This document shows positions 11,147 to 22,802 of a DNA stretch of 64,000 nucleotides, in pieces (within the stretch, counting starts at the first letter, position 1; each line of letters opens with the position of its first letter). Under the pieces are notes generated by a model. That model did not search any database and was not told where the DNA came from. It worked only from the letters and a program-made list of their open reading frames with translations. The stretch is taken from contig NC_058368.1 in the NCBI RefSeq assembly GCF_018350175.1, positions 195,612,001 through 195,676,000 of the forward strand, in the 5' to 3' direction. This DNA is from Felis catus (lineage: Eukaryota). A program made the translations under genes and the position numbers.

Positions 11147-13539
11147 TGGACCCAGTGGTTTTAAAGAGTCCTATCTTCATCTCTGCCATAATGAGGCTGA
11201 AAGCAAGATGGTTTATCTTGTTCTGTCCTCCACTTTCTTCCCTCCACCAGGCTGGGAACCCACATCCCAGGAGAGTCAGCTGAGAGCTTTTTTGGGTATT
11301 TACCCAACTTACTGCAACTATTATCAAAAGACAAATTAACAAAGTGGTTAAAAGCTGTGGACTCAGGCCCTTGCCGCTAACTGACCGTGAGCATGGCATT
11401 TCTGAGCCTCAGTTTCCTCATCTAGAGAACAGGGCGTCCAGTTCCACCCATCTCTTAGCCTTTGAGGAGGAAATGAGGTAATGCAGGGAAGTACTCGGCA
11501 GGGGCCTGCCTTGCCCGGAGTCAACTGTCAGGCACCACCTGCCCAGAGCCAGGCCCCGTTGTAGGAGGCTGATAAGTGGATCCCAAGATGTTTTCTGACT
11601 CTGCTATCAAGTCAACTGCAGATCACAGAGGCACCCAAAAACAAACATGAAAGCACCTTAAAAACATGTGCCGAGGGAAGAACAGTTCTGGGAGTGGCAA
11701 GGAACGAGTGATGGAATCGGAGGGAATAGAAGGGGGAGGCCCCCTGAGGCCAAGGGGAACACACAGGCCAGGAATGTCTCGAATTCCCAGAAACCAGGAA
11801 TGAGGATAGCTGAAACTGATCACTCGCAATGTACTTGCGAGGAAATACTGTTGTATTTCCTCAAGGTGCAATTTTCACTTGCTTTTCAGTTAAGGTGGGT
11901 TGCATTCTGGGATTGGTCTCTAGTAGGAGGGAGACCCTTAGGGCTTGTGGGATGAGGCAGACGGCATTAGAAATGGGAGTGTGCACCCAACTATGGGGGA
12001 ATGTCAGGATTTTATCTCACACCACAGGGGAGCCTTTGGAGGTTCTTAGAGGGAAGGTATGCATCTAGCCACACACTTGAGAAAAACCAACCGTGTGAGG
12101 GAAGGGTGGCCAGTTGGAAGGCTAAAGCAACAATCCCACTTAAGACTCAGGTGCCTGCAGAGCAAATCACATTTTTTTTTCCCTTGGAGCTGTGGCAGAG
12201 GAGGCAGCAGCCACTATTCAGAATCCCTGCACTTCATTCATTCATTCGTTCGTTCATTCATTCACTCTTGCAGCTTACACTTCTGGAATGCCTCTTGTAT
12301 GCTGTGCCATATGTGGTGGATACTAAAGATATCAAAACTTAAGACTGTTGCCTCCTAATCCTTGAGAGCGGACATTTGAGTGTCCCTGTCACCCAGCTTA
12401 CTCCAAAATACGCTGTTAAATGACACCGGAGATTGCTTCTGTGGCCAAAGTTCAATGGAGAGAAGTGGCGGGGGACTAAATTAAAACTAAAAGGAAAGAG
12501 AAAGCAGAAGCCCAAACCACTGCTGTCTCAAAATGGGAGAAAAGGAGGATGGTGGTGATGTTCTAAGTGTGGAAGGGGCCCTCGGAAAGTCTCACCTCCC
12601 TCTCCCTCTCACAGACAACTGTCCCAAGGGCACTTAGCGTTTCTGCGGCGGGCAGAACTGGAACCCTGCAGTCCTGCCCCATCTGGTGCTCTTGGACCCC
12701 CGCCCGTGTCTTCTCCCACTGTCTTCCTTCTTCCCCCTTCTGCCACGGGGCTTCTCTCTCAGCCTCTCCCCAGCTCCGCCTCTTGCTCTTCGCCCGGCCT
12801 CCTGCCTCCAGCCCTGCATTTTCCGTTCAGAGTGAACCCTTCTCAGAACCTCCAGACTGGGAAGCTCCAACCTCGCTCTTTGGGGCCACAGGGAAACATC
12901 TGAAGTGACTGGCCGGAAGGCGGTTGCCCTTCTAACCCGAGCAGAGAGCCGCTATTTGAGAACTGCCACGGCTACATTTCCAGCTGTTGGACAGCGGTGT
13001 GGGAACTGCTGGCTATCTGGAACCCCCTGGTGTTTACTGTGCCCCAGCTTTGCTGAGAATAATGGGTAATCCCTCGGGAGGAGGGCAAGGGTGATCACCC
13101 TTATTCTAATGAGGAAACCAAGGGTCCAAGCGGTCAAACTGCCTGAAGGTACAGGACACATGTGGATTGAGCTGGAAATGGTCTTGCAGCTCATCCAAAC
13201 CAATGCTCTTGTTTCAGGATCAAAAATCAAGACCCAGTGACCATGGTCTTACTAAAGGCTAGATCTGGGGTTAGCACCTGGGTCTCCTGATTCCTGTTCT
13301 GCTCACTACTCACAGGTCTTCCTCCTCTTGGTTACGGAAGCCAGGCTGAGCTGAGAATGGGAGGGAGAAGTGTCAAGTTGCCCAACCCGAATTTCAGAAC
13401 CCAAAAGCAGCACATCGGTGTTCTAACAGGCCTCTTAGACCTCAGGTTTCCCCAGGCAGACTTCCTCACTTTACAGTTGAGTTAGGCAAGCAGGAAATTC
13501 TAGTTCTTAACTGAGCCCTCTACTCAGAGGTTAACCTAT

Positions 13540-13750
13540 GGAGGCAGGCAGGCTGGCTGGATCGAATCCCAGTCAGCCACTTAGAAGTAGATAAGTCACT
13601 TGGCCTCCCTATGCCTTGATTTCCTCATCTGTAAAATGGGAATGACAAAGGTCGCTATTTCACAAGGTTGTTGTGAATCAAAGAAGCCAATGCATGCACA
13701 TCTCTGAGCACACTATCTGGGACATAATAAGAACTCAATAAATATCAGCT
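13540..13750 (+). mobile_element. MIR SINE
   Basis: 'tttcctcatctgtaaaatggga', 'ggttgttgtga', 'ctcaataaatatcagct'. Confidence 0.75.
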
Positions 13751-15199
13751 CTTTGGTATTAATAAGTAGGCTAGGTTCCATTTCATAAAGGAGAAGAACC
13801 CAGAAGGGGAGTCCAGGCTAAAGTGTGGACCTTACCCTCCAGGCCTTGGCCAGCCCCAAAGGTGCAAGGGACAGGAGTAGAGATGTCCTTTAGAAAGACA
13901 TCTCTGTGGCCAGTGTGAAGAAGGAAACGGGCTGGGAGACCATTGGACTGGCTTGCAGTGTTCCTCCGATATAGAAGGATGAGGACAGGAGCCAGGGCAG
14001 GAAAGCAGACATGGAGAAAAGAGCCTTAAGAAAAACATGGTGGTGTGAGAAACCAAGTAAACTGCCCAATCTGCCATGGGGGATTAGAGAGGGAGGGAGA
14101 TACAAAGCCAGAGGTTATGTCATTACCCGGGAGCCCAGAGGCAGCAGGTGCTTTTAAAAGCAGCATGTGAGGCCGGAGACCTCCAGTGCAGGCCATCTCA
14201 CTGCCCACCTCTCAGGTGAGAACTGGAGAAGCCATACGGGAGCTGTCTGGCAATGGCCCCTTCCCCTGGGCCAGCTGTTGTAGCAGTTTGCAGAACATGC
14301 ATTTCCTTCTGTGGGACGGTCTCACCCCTCCCTCTCAGCTACCCCCATCTGCCTAGTGTGCTGCCAGCTGCAGCCAGAACCACCTAGTGGCTACCTCACT
14401 GGGATGGCCTTGGACCTTGACCTGGAGATAGCCATGGGTGGGGCTGGGAGGGCCTGATAGGTGAGCAGGGAGGGTGGGGAATGGATCTAGAGATCCCAAG
14501 TCTGTGCTGGGCTAGTGATTTCTGTTCTCCCACACGGCTGGTGTCCACTCAAAGCCCCCAAATCCCATTTATCACACACACAGAATTCCACATCACTGCC
14601 AGCCATACCCATGGGGACACACCATGTATATCCCAGAATCAGAAGCACACTGCTGGTAACACACACACAGAAATGCACACTGTGGACCACACGGGAAGAT
14701 AAAATGATTAGGCCCACAAATACGCCGCTCAGAAATACGGATACTGTTGTCCATATGCGTACTACACGAAACTCCTCACACAAGTACCTAGACTCGCCTT
14801 TCACACGCGCTCACCAGAGCACGTATGCACTCATACTTTCCTTGGCACACAGCCTTAGTGTGTGGCACACAACTCTGGGAATCACTGACCTGCCTGCTCT
14901 CGGGTATGTTCTTCGACAGCAGAACAAACAACCAGGCTCTGTGGAGAGCAGACTTTGCGCCCAAATGCTCTGGACTTGAGCTCTGCTCCTGTTTGCAGCC
15001 CTGCTCTGGGGGAGGCAAGACCAGCTCCTTGGAGAACCAGGCAGTAAGCGGGATCCGCCTTTGAGAGGAACGAAATCCCCAGGGAAGTCTTTGTGGAGTA
15101 GTGAGGCTCAACTGAGTGAAATGTAAAGAGGCAGGAGGGAGAGATTTGCTGTCAACAGCCCCCGTCCCGACTCGGTCCACTTTTCAAGGAGTGTTCTAG

Positions 15200-15348
15200 A
15201 AGCTGGCGGTGAAAGGGTTAACAGTGCCACTGCTGCACACCCCACCTTCGGGCTTTGGAAAACCTGAGTGCAGGGATTTGCCCAAGCGGAGTCAGGGTCC
15301 CTACGTCTCCGCTTGCCTTTTAGCTGTCCCCAGGACAAAAGTCCCCAG
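15200..15348 (+). other. TNIP1: Probable distal alternative non-coding first exon of TNIP1 (start approximate)
   Basis: Unique sequence ending in near-consensus donor CAG|GTGAGT at 15348/15349, no AUG, near kB/NFAT/octamer motifs; human TNIP1 has several upstream first exons (recalled). Confidence 0.45.
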
Positions 15349-15689
15349 GTGAGTGAGATGGAAACCCAAAATGAAACTTTGCTAGGCTTCTCCCACTCGA
15401 GCCTTGTCACTGTCACTCTGGTCAGCGGCAACAGCAGCGGCTCCAACTCCACCCTCGGCATTGCTCTCCAAGGCCTGGTGTCCCCTTGGGGGTGCACTGC
15501 GTTCTCTGGGGCAGACCTGCCTTCCCTTCACTGGGCCTCAGGCCCCCCCCCACCCGCCACACCCCCCGCTTTCCTACCTAGGTGGCTGTTCTGGGGACAA
15601 GATGAGACGCAGCACAGGAGGAGCCTAGCATAGTGCTGTCTCCCTTTGCCCCTCTCCCGTTCTGGGGTCCAGGTTAATTGGAGTGCATC

Positions 15690-15729
15690 ATTTGCATAGA
15701 CATGAGACCTCACCCCGGGGAAATTCCCC
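15690..15729. promoter_or_regulatory. Octamer (ATTTGCAT) plus NF-kB site (GGGGAAATTCCCC)
   Basis: Exact motifs at 15690-15697 and 15717-15729. Confidence 0.55.
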
Positions 15730-16678
15730 CTGGTGACCAGGCTTCCTTTCTGAGGTCAGGCCACATCATCAGACTCAGCTCCTTCCTCTCCAGCTCGCCC
15801 CAGCCTCTTACTGGCTTTGGCCCCTGGTATCTGGCAGGTGGAGATCCAAGTTCCCAGATTGAGTCCTATCTTGTGACCGGGGATGCTGTCCAAGAGAATG
15901 TGAGGGTGGAGGGTGGGCTAGGGGCCTGGAGCAAAATCAGAAGTGATCGTGACCCGTGCTCGAGGGCTAGAAGAAAGGCAGCAGGCAGGAGGTGGTTGAG
16001 AAGCCTAGTTACGCCAGCTTGTCAGGAACTCCCAGCCTGGCCTTGGGAACAGGCCTTCCCCTCCCAGAGCCTTAGTTTCCCCTTCTGTCCAGCCAGGGGA
16101 GTGGCCAAGATAATCTGTAAGCTTTGTTCCAGATCAAATGAGCTAAGAAGCCACTTCCTTTAGCAGCACAGTCTTGCAACATTCGTCCTTGGATCTTCTT
16201 CCTTTGACAAGAACCTTGCAACATACTGCCCTATATCTGTTTTTCTTTCCTTTCCTTGGAAAGCACAATTTTGCAAAATGCATTCCCGAATCCCACTTTC
16301 CAGATGCCGACAGAATCAACATGTACCTCGTCTCCTCGGAGCGACTTGGTTTGAGGTTTAATTTTTCCTTTCACATCCACTATGTAGAATGCCGTGTGAC
16401 CACAAAAAGTAGAACAGAGCTCCCTTTTCTCCAGATTCTAAGATCAGTTGTCCTCTTGGTCTCTGACCCTGGTACCGAGAAGGCACTTTCCCTGGAACAA
16501 AAAGGGGGAACAATGAGGTCCTGGGACAACCTGCATCAGAACCAACTCTTAGAAAGGCAGCTTTGAGAGAGGGAGTCACAACTTTGAATCACCTAGGGAG
16601 CTTTTAAATACCAGTCCCAGGCCACCCCCCACCCAAGATTCTGATATAATTAGTCTGGAGTAGGGCCTGGGCATCTGT

Positions 16679-16870
16679 GTTTTTTTAATGCATTTAAAAT
16701 TTTTTATTTTAGAGAGAGCGCAAGCAGGGGAGAGGAGCAGAGGGAGCAAATCTCAAGCAGGCTCCATACCCAGCACAGAGCCTGACTAGGGGCTCGATCC
16801 CAAGACCCTGGGATCATGACCTGAGCTGAAATCAAGAGTCAGACGCTCAACTGAGCAACCCAGGTGCCCC
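16679..16870 (-). mobile_element. SINEC inserted into a MER5-like element
   Basis: Antisense SINEC with gcatctgt TSD; MER5-type sequence on both sides (about 16580-16935). Confidence 0.85.
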
Positions 16871-17019
16871 GAGCATCTGTATTTTTACAAAGCTCTTCAG
16901 GTGATTCTAATGTCCAGCCAGGATCGAGAGCCACTGATCTAAGGCCCTACCCAAGACCAAATCTGGCAGATGCTAAAGTTGATGAACCCCTGACCTATGA
17001 TATTCTTTATGAAATTATC

Positions 17020-17225
17020 CTATCTATTTATTTAGTTTTAATTTTTTGAGAGAGAGACAGAGCGTGAGCAGGGGAGGGGCAGAGAGAGGGTGAGACAAAA
17101 TCGAAGAAGGCCCCAGGCTCTGAGCTGTCAGCACAGAGCCCGACCCTGGGCTCAAACCCAAGAACGCGAGATCATGACCTGAGCTGAAGTTGGACGCTCA
17201 ACCAACTGAGCCACCCAGGTGCCCC
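17020..17225 (-). mobile_element. SINEC_Fc-like SINE
   Basis: TSD TGAAATTATC at 17010-17019 and 17226-17235. Confidence 0.92.
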
Positions 17226-17414
17226 TGAAATTATCTTAATGGGCATTTCTTCTATGCACACAGGTATTCCCAGGATTATGCATGGACAAAAAGAATTGAC
17301 TCCCTTTCACAGATGAGGAATATAAAGGACAGAGAGAAGAAATTGCTGCTCAGGTCATACAGGGTTAGTAGTGGTCCTGGCACCTAGTGGAAGCTTATAG
17401 ACTCAAAGTATTTT

Positions 17415-17645
17415 GGGGGGCACCTGGGTGGCTCAGTCAGTTAAGCGTCCGACTCTTGATTTCGGCTCAGGTCATGATCTCACAGTTTCTGAGTGCAAGC
17501 CCCACATCAGGTTCCACACTGACAGTATGGAGCCTGCTTAGGATTCTCTCTCTCACCCTCTCTGTCTCTGCCCCTCCCATGTTCGCTCTCTCTTGCTCTC
17601 TCTCAAAAATAAGTAAAAAACAAAACCAAAACAATAAAAAAAAAC
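17415..17645 (+). mobile_element. SINEC SINE
   Basis: GGGGCACCTGGGTGGCTCAGTC head, (CT)n linker, A-rich tail. Confidence 0.92.
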
Positions 17646-19374
17646 TTTTAAAAATTTATTAAATTTTTTCTTTTTTTTTTTTTTTTTGCAAAAGTCACGG
17701 ATTTGTTACATGGGTGACCCAGAGAAGTATTGGCAGGCTAGTCCCACTGGTCTGTGACAGTGAGTTCTTGGCTGCCTTTCTATGAGCAGATAATTCTTAC
17801 TTTGGAGTTAGAAGACCCAGTTAGGGATCTTCGACCTTTCAAACTACTAAGTACTGAGATAACCCCTGGGAGCTTACTAAAAATGCTGCCACTAGGACCC
17901 TGTCCCCAGAGAATATGATTTCTTAGGTCTGTGGTGGGACCCAGGGGTCGGCCCAGAGTCCTGGGCTAGGTCCCAATGGTACAAGGATTTCCCATTCTTG
18001 AGGAGCATTCAACAGACCTGGTCAATCAGGAAACCCAAGGAGTCAAATTTAGCATTTGCTAAATAAATATCGACTGACTATTGTGAGACTGGCCCAGTGC
18101 TGTTCCCACAACACCAATAAGACCAGAGACGTCAGGGTTAGAGAGGTGGGATTAGGTGATTAGGTATCAAAGGAGAGGGGCCTGTGCATATGCAAATTTC
18201 ACCCATCTTTTGAGGTCTGGCACAGGCCTTGTCCCCTTCAGGTGACCTCTGCAGATATGACCTGAGTTTGAACTCCAGCTGTGCCATGTGTTAGCTGTTG
18301 GCTTAAACCACTATGAAGCTGAGTTTCCTCATCCAAAACACAGTGGTACCAATCTCACAGGGTTCTGATGAGGAATGCATGAAAACAGTCTACTTCAGAG
18401 CCTTTAGCATCAGGTCAGGTACATGTTCATCTTAAATATTAGCTATTAGTGTTATTATTTCCTGATCATCTTGGCCAGCCCTGATTTCTCCTTTCTCTGA
18501 ACTTTTGGACTTCCTTACGGTGTCAAAATGGAAGGTCCCTTAGTGATCATCTTGTCTGATTCCTTCACAGTCTAGAAGGGGAAGCTGAGTATCAGAGAAG
18601 GGAAGGGACTTGCCCAGAGCCACACAGCAGAGCCAGGACTCAAACTTAGCTCCGCTAATGCCCAGTCCAAGGGCCTCTTCTTTCTTGATGTTCTTCCCGT
18701 GGCCTGAACAAAGAAGGCAATTTCAGAAAATCCGTGGCTGGACAAAGAAGAGGTGAGAGAGAAGACAGGGGAAGTTAAGTGTGTTCAGCATTCCAGTAAG
18801 GAGAGCCCAGAGCTCATCTTCCCCCAGGATGTGCAAGCCATGTTCCTAACTGAAGATTCTAGTTCATATGGGTCTACCTCCTTGAGCCTCCTTAGCCCTT
18901 CGAGGTCCTGCCACCATTTATGACGCCATGAGCAGGAACCGGTCCAAGCAAGGCTTTGTGAACTCACAGAGGATCTATGACTATTGTGGCCTGTGGAGAG
19001 AAAATATCATGTTTAGAGGGAACACTGCAATCCAGGAATGTCAGGGCTGAATGACACACAATACCGATGAGGAAGGGACAGTCCTCAATTTCACAGAAGG
19101 CTCTGGCTGACCCAGATGGCTGGTCACAGGTCACCAGGAGGCTTCTCAAAGGGAGCCAGGGACACGATCTCTCTCTCTGATGCTGAGTCCTGCCACCATC
19201 CTAAGTCCCAGTTGGGGACATAGGTGAGGGAGGCCCTGCAAGTTGGTATCAGAAGACAGAGAGGGGAGCATCTGACAGCCTCGATGTGAAGTGTATTCTT
19301 ACTCCCTGCAGAGAAAAGGGCCTATGTGCAGGAGTGTGTATTATCCTTTGCACCTGGTCTAGCTCAGGGATTGG

Positions 19375-19490
19375 TGTTATTCGTCCTATGGAACTTTCTG
19401 TGATGATGGAAACATCTGCACAGTCTGGTGTGGTAGCCACTTGGCCACATGTGGCTGTTGAACACTTAAAAAGTGGCCAGTGAGACCAAG
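19375..19490. mobile_element. MER3-like hAT element (partial)
   Basis: 'gaactttctgtgatgatggaaa...gtagccacttggccacatgtggct'. Confidence 0.65.
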
Positions 19491-20102
19491 GGACTGAGTG
19501 CAGTGTGGGAAACGGCACTAAACTAGGAGTCAGGAAGTCCCTTCATTTACTCACTTGGAAAGTCACTTCCCCTGTCTGGCCTTCACTTCCTTATCTGTAA
19601 AGTGAGGCTGTTGGGCCAGGAGGTGCCCCTAGCATTCCCCATGGGATTCCAATCCGAGGAACACAGAAGCAGCAGAAAACTGGATTCAGTGGACTCTCTC
19701 CCTCCCTCACCCCCTACCCTCCATTTCTCATCCCCCTGCTCAGGCTGAACGTGGCCCCATGTGACTTGGCCCTGTTTATTTCTCCAGGCCCAACTCTGTT
19801 ACTTCCCCCTTGCCTGCTTCAAACTCCATGCTCCACTCAGAGTGAACAATTTTCAGTTCCCTGAATGTATTCTCTCTTTGCATATTCTATTCCCTTTCCT
19901 AAGAACACCCTTCCTTGTGCTCTCGCTTTGGCCATTTTCAGGCCTCAGCTGACATGTCACTTCCTCCAGGAAGACGTCCCAGATCCCCCAATCCTGACTA
20001 GATGCTCCCCTGTCCAGGCTCCTGTAGTTCCCTGTATTTCTCCTGCCAAAACACAGCTCTACCACACTTTGTTATAATGATCTATCAGCCTCCAGCCCCC
20101 AG

Positions 20103-20305
20103 AGCAATGCTATCTGATAGAACTTTCTGTGATGATGGAAATGTTCTATACATGTGCAGTCTACCGTGATAGCCACATGTGGCTGGCTGCTGAGTGTCTG
20201 AAATGTGGCTAGTGCTCCTGAGGAACTGAGTTATTAACTTACTTAATTTTAACCAATTTATATTCAAATAGCCATGTATGGCTAACAGCTACTGTACTGG
20301 ACAGG
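20103..20305. mobile_element. MER3-like hAT element
   Basis: 'atagaactttctgtgatgatggaaatgttcta...agccacatgtggct...gctactgtactggacag'. Confidence 0.75.
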
Positions 20306-21178
20306 GCAGCCCCAGAGTCTGTGACCTCTGAGTAGGCAGGAAGTGGGTCTGACTGGTCCATTCTTGTATCCTCAGTGGTCTATAATGTTGCTGTTAAGAA
20401 TAAAGAAACTCTGGAACCTGAAGTGACCAAGAAACCTGAAATGATCCAGAGCCAACCCATCCCCTCTGAAAGCATCTTTTCAGTGGATAATGAACTGAGA
20501 TCTTATGTTTGCAAAGTACTTGAGAGTTTACCAAGGATGTCAGCAAACCATTTTATTTCAGTTACCTTCACAGGAGGCAGGCCCAGCAGGACTCATTACC
20601 CCCATTTTACAGCAGGGGATCACTGAGGCTCCGGATGGGGAAGTGAGGCTCAGGAGAACGATCTGGTTAGTGTAGAGCTGGGCTGCTCCGTGGTGGGTAG
20701 GTCCCTAAGGCCCCACTTGACATCGAAATGAGACCCAGCACAGAGGGAAGGAGTGAGCTTTTCCTTCCCTGTGGAGAGTCCACAGACAATGAATGGAAAC
20801 AGACGGAAAAGGAATGGGAGGGGGGGAGGAAAAAGTGGGCTGGGCATCTGGAGGTTTCCTGAGGCCCTTGGGGGCTGGAATCCCCCACCTCAGGCAAAGG
20901 AGGAATTAGCAGTCCAAGGGAGAACCCAGGGGTGGGGTAGGTGGGCAGACCAGGTCGCCCCTGACCCCCTGCCAGTTCCTGGTCCAGCCACAGAATCATC
21001 AGGCCCCCAGCTCCTCCCCAGAACTCCCTCCCCTCCCTGGAATGCTTGGCAAGTGATAGCCAGTCTGGGAAGCGACAGGTGGGGAGCCGACAAAGAAGGG
21101 CCCTGTGCTCTGCCAGGGGGCAGGATGGGGCCTCAGCTGGGCCTTGTGGGGCTGCCTGGCGGCTGGCTCCTCCGTCTC

Positions 21179-21190
21179 GGGGAATTCCCC
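21179..21190. promoter_or_regulatory. Palindromic NF-kB site GGGGAATTCCCC at alternative TNIP1 promoter
   Basis: Perfect 12-bp palindrome matching GGGRNWYYCC, immediately upstream of the candidate first exon. Confidence 0.65.
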
Positions 21191-21209
21191 TCCTGCCTAA
21201 AAGTCAACC

Positions 21210-21306
21210 CAGCCCAGCCCTCCTTCCTGCAGAAGCACAGCGAGCAGAGAAGCCTTCACAGGGCGGCAGCCCCCGCTGCACCCACCCTCGTCTTCTCCTG
21301 CCCCAG
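21210..21306 (+). other. TNIP1: Probable alternative non-coding first exon of TNIP1 (start approximate)
   Basis: AUG-free unique segment ending CAG|GTGAGT at 21306/21307, directly after a kB site, about 6 kb upstream of the CpG-island exon 1. Confidence 0.6.
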
Positions 21307-22621
21307 GTGAGTGACCCAGCCTGGGTGTCCATGAGCCAGGACAGGGGTGAGGGCTCACTGCACAAGGGTGCCGGGGCCACCAGATCACCCCCCAGCTCTG
21401 CGCCAAGAGCCACCTGGCCTCCTACTCTCCTGCCAGCTGGGTTTGGCTGGTCCCCTGTGCCAGCAACCTCTCCCCCCCCCCCCCCCCCACCCGACCCAGG
21501 GCTTGGGCTCTGGGCCTCTCTGCCTCCTTGCCTGGCCTCATTCTCCTCTTGCTGCTCTCCCTCCATTTCTTATTTCCTCTTCCTGTCCCCCTCTTCTTGC
21601 CCCCTCCTCAGCCAGTGTTTTTCTCTCTAGTCGCTGCCAGTTCTTCCAAAGGGAAGGAGAAGAAAAGTCGCTTTTTGTCTTACCCTTCCCTGAAGGAAAG
21701 GCATTGGGCTCACCAGTGTGAATGTGGATTTGTGTCGGTGTTGAGAATGTGTGTCCATGTTTGTGAGCATGTGTCAGATCCATGGAGGTATATATGCATG
21801 GGCCTGAGCGCAAGTTCACAAGCATGTCTGTGTTGGGGAGTGTCTGGGTCATTATGCGAATGTGTGTGTGAATGTGAGCTTTGGAGGGTGAGTGTGTGCG
21901 TGTGTATCAGGCACTTTAGTGGTCTACAGCGAGGTAGGAAGAGACCAGGTGGGAGTCTAGCCCTGCCTTCCTTGGGAACACGATGGAAGGCTGGGACCCT
22001 CCTTAGCGCTGGGGCAAATGCATCTCTGGAGGGCTCTCTCACCTACTTTCTCCCTAGGGCTGGCTGGACCCTTCTGCGGTTGAACCTTTAACAGAGGGCC
22101 TCAGGCGCTGGGAGTGGGTGAGAGCTGGCAGGCAGTGGTGATACGGCCTCCTCTTTAAACCCCAAGCAGTCCAGATTTTCCAGAGCTGGTCAGAGGCCCA
22201 GCCCAGGGAAGTCCCTTGCTAGGAGGAGCAAGAAGCAGAGACCAAGTCCCTGTCACAGCTGCTTCTGGGCTGGAGAACAATGGAGGGGGAAGCAGGAGGG
22301 ACCCTGGGAGAGGGAGAATGAGAGAGGACACGGGGTGAGGCTGAAGGAGCATGGCTCTCTGGGCCCTGTCAGGGCTTCCCAGGATTAGGAAATGTCTGGT
22401 TCCCATGGGGCTGCCTCCCTCAGGGGATGGGCTTGGCTGGCCTCTCCCCGCTTCTAGGAGGGTGACAAGGAGCAAACTTGGATCCGAACCCAGATCTGGC
22501 TTGACATGCTGACCTGACATGCTGACAGGGAGGCCCAAGGGAGAGGAGGTGGACCAGGGGAAGCCTGGGGCTCGCAGGAACTGTGGGAGGTGCCTGGTTA
22601 GGCCACATATGCTCCGAGGCC

Positions 22622-22802
22622 GGGAATTTCCCCCAGAGTCACTTGGCTCTTTCCTCTCCGCCAGTGGCGTCCTAGAAACCCTAGTGTGACTGGAAGGCCC
22701 AGGGCCGCAGCGGAAAAAGCTGGGAGGGAGAAAGAGGAAAACAGGAAAGACCCTGGAGAAAAAGTCAAGAGAAATGCCTTCTAGGCCTGGTGCTTCCCAG
22801 AA
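22622..22802. promoter_or_regulatory. Candidate enhancer: kB site GGGAATTTCC and GAS site TTCCCAGAA
   Basis: Exact motifs at 22622-22631 and 22794-22802, with GGAAA repeats between them. Confidence 0.45.

Noticed and set aside
17620..17690. A-tract abutting a T-tract, suggesting a second retrocopy tail
   Set aside because: No TSD or recognisable donor sequence follows; likely SINE tail decay or low complexity
19375..20305. Direct repeat 'gaactttctgtgatgatggaaa' about 730 bp apart, with box C-like TGATGA
   Set aside because: Explained by two MER3-like elements; no convincing snoRNA stem or box D arrangement
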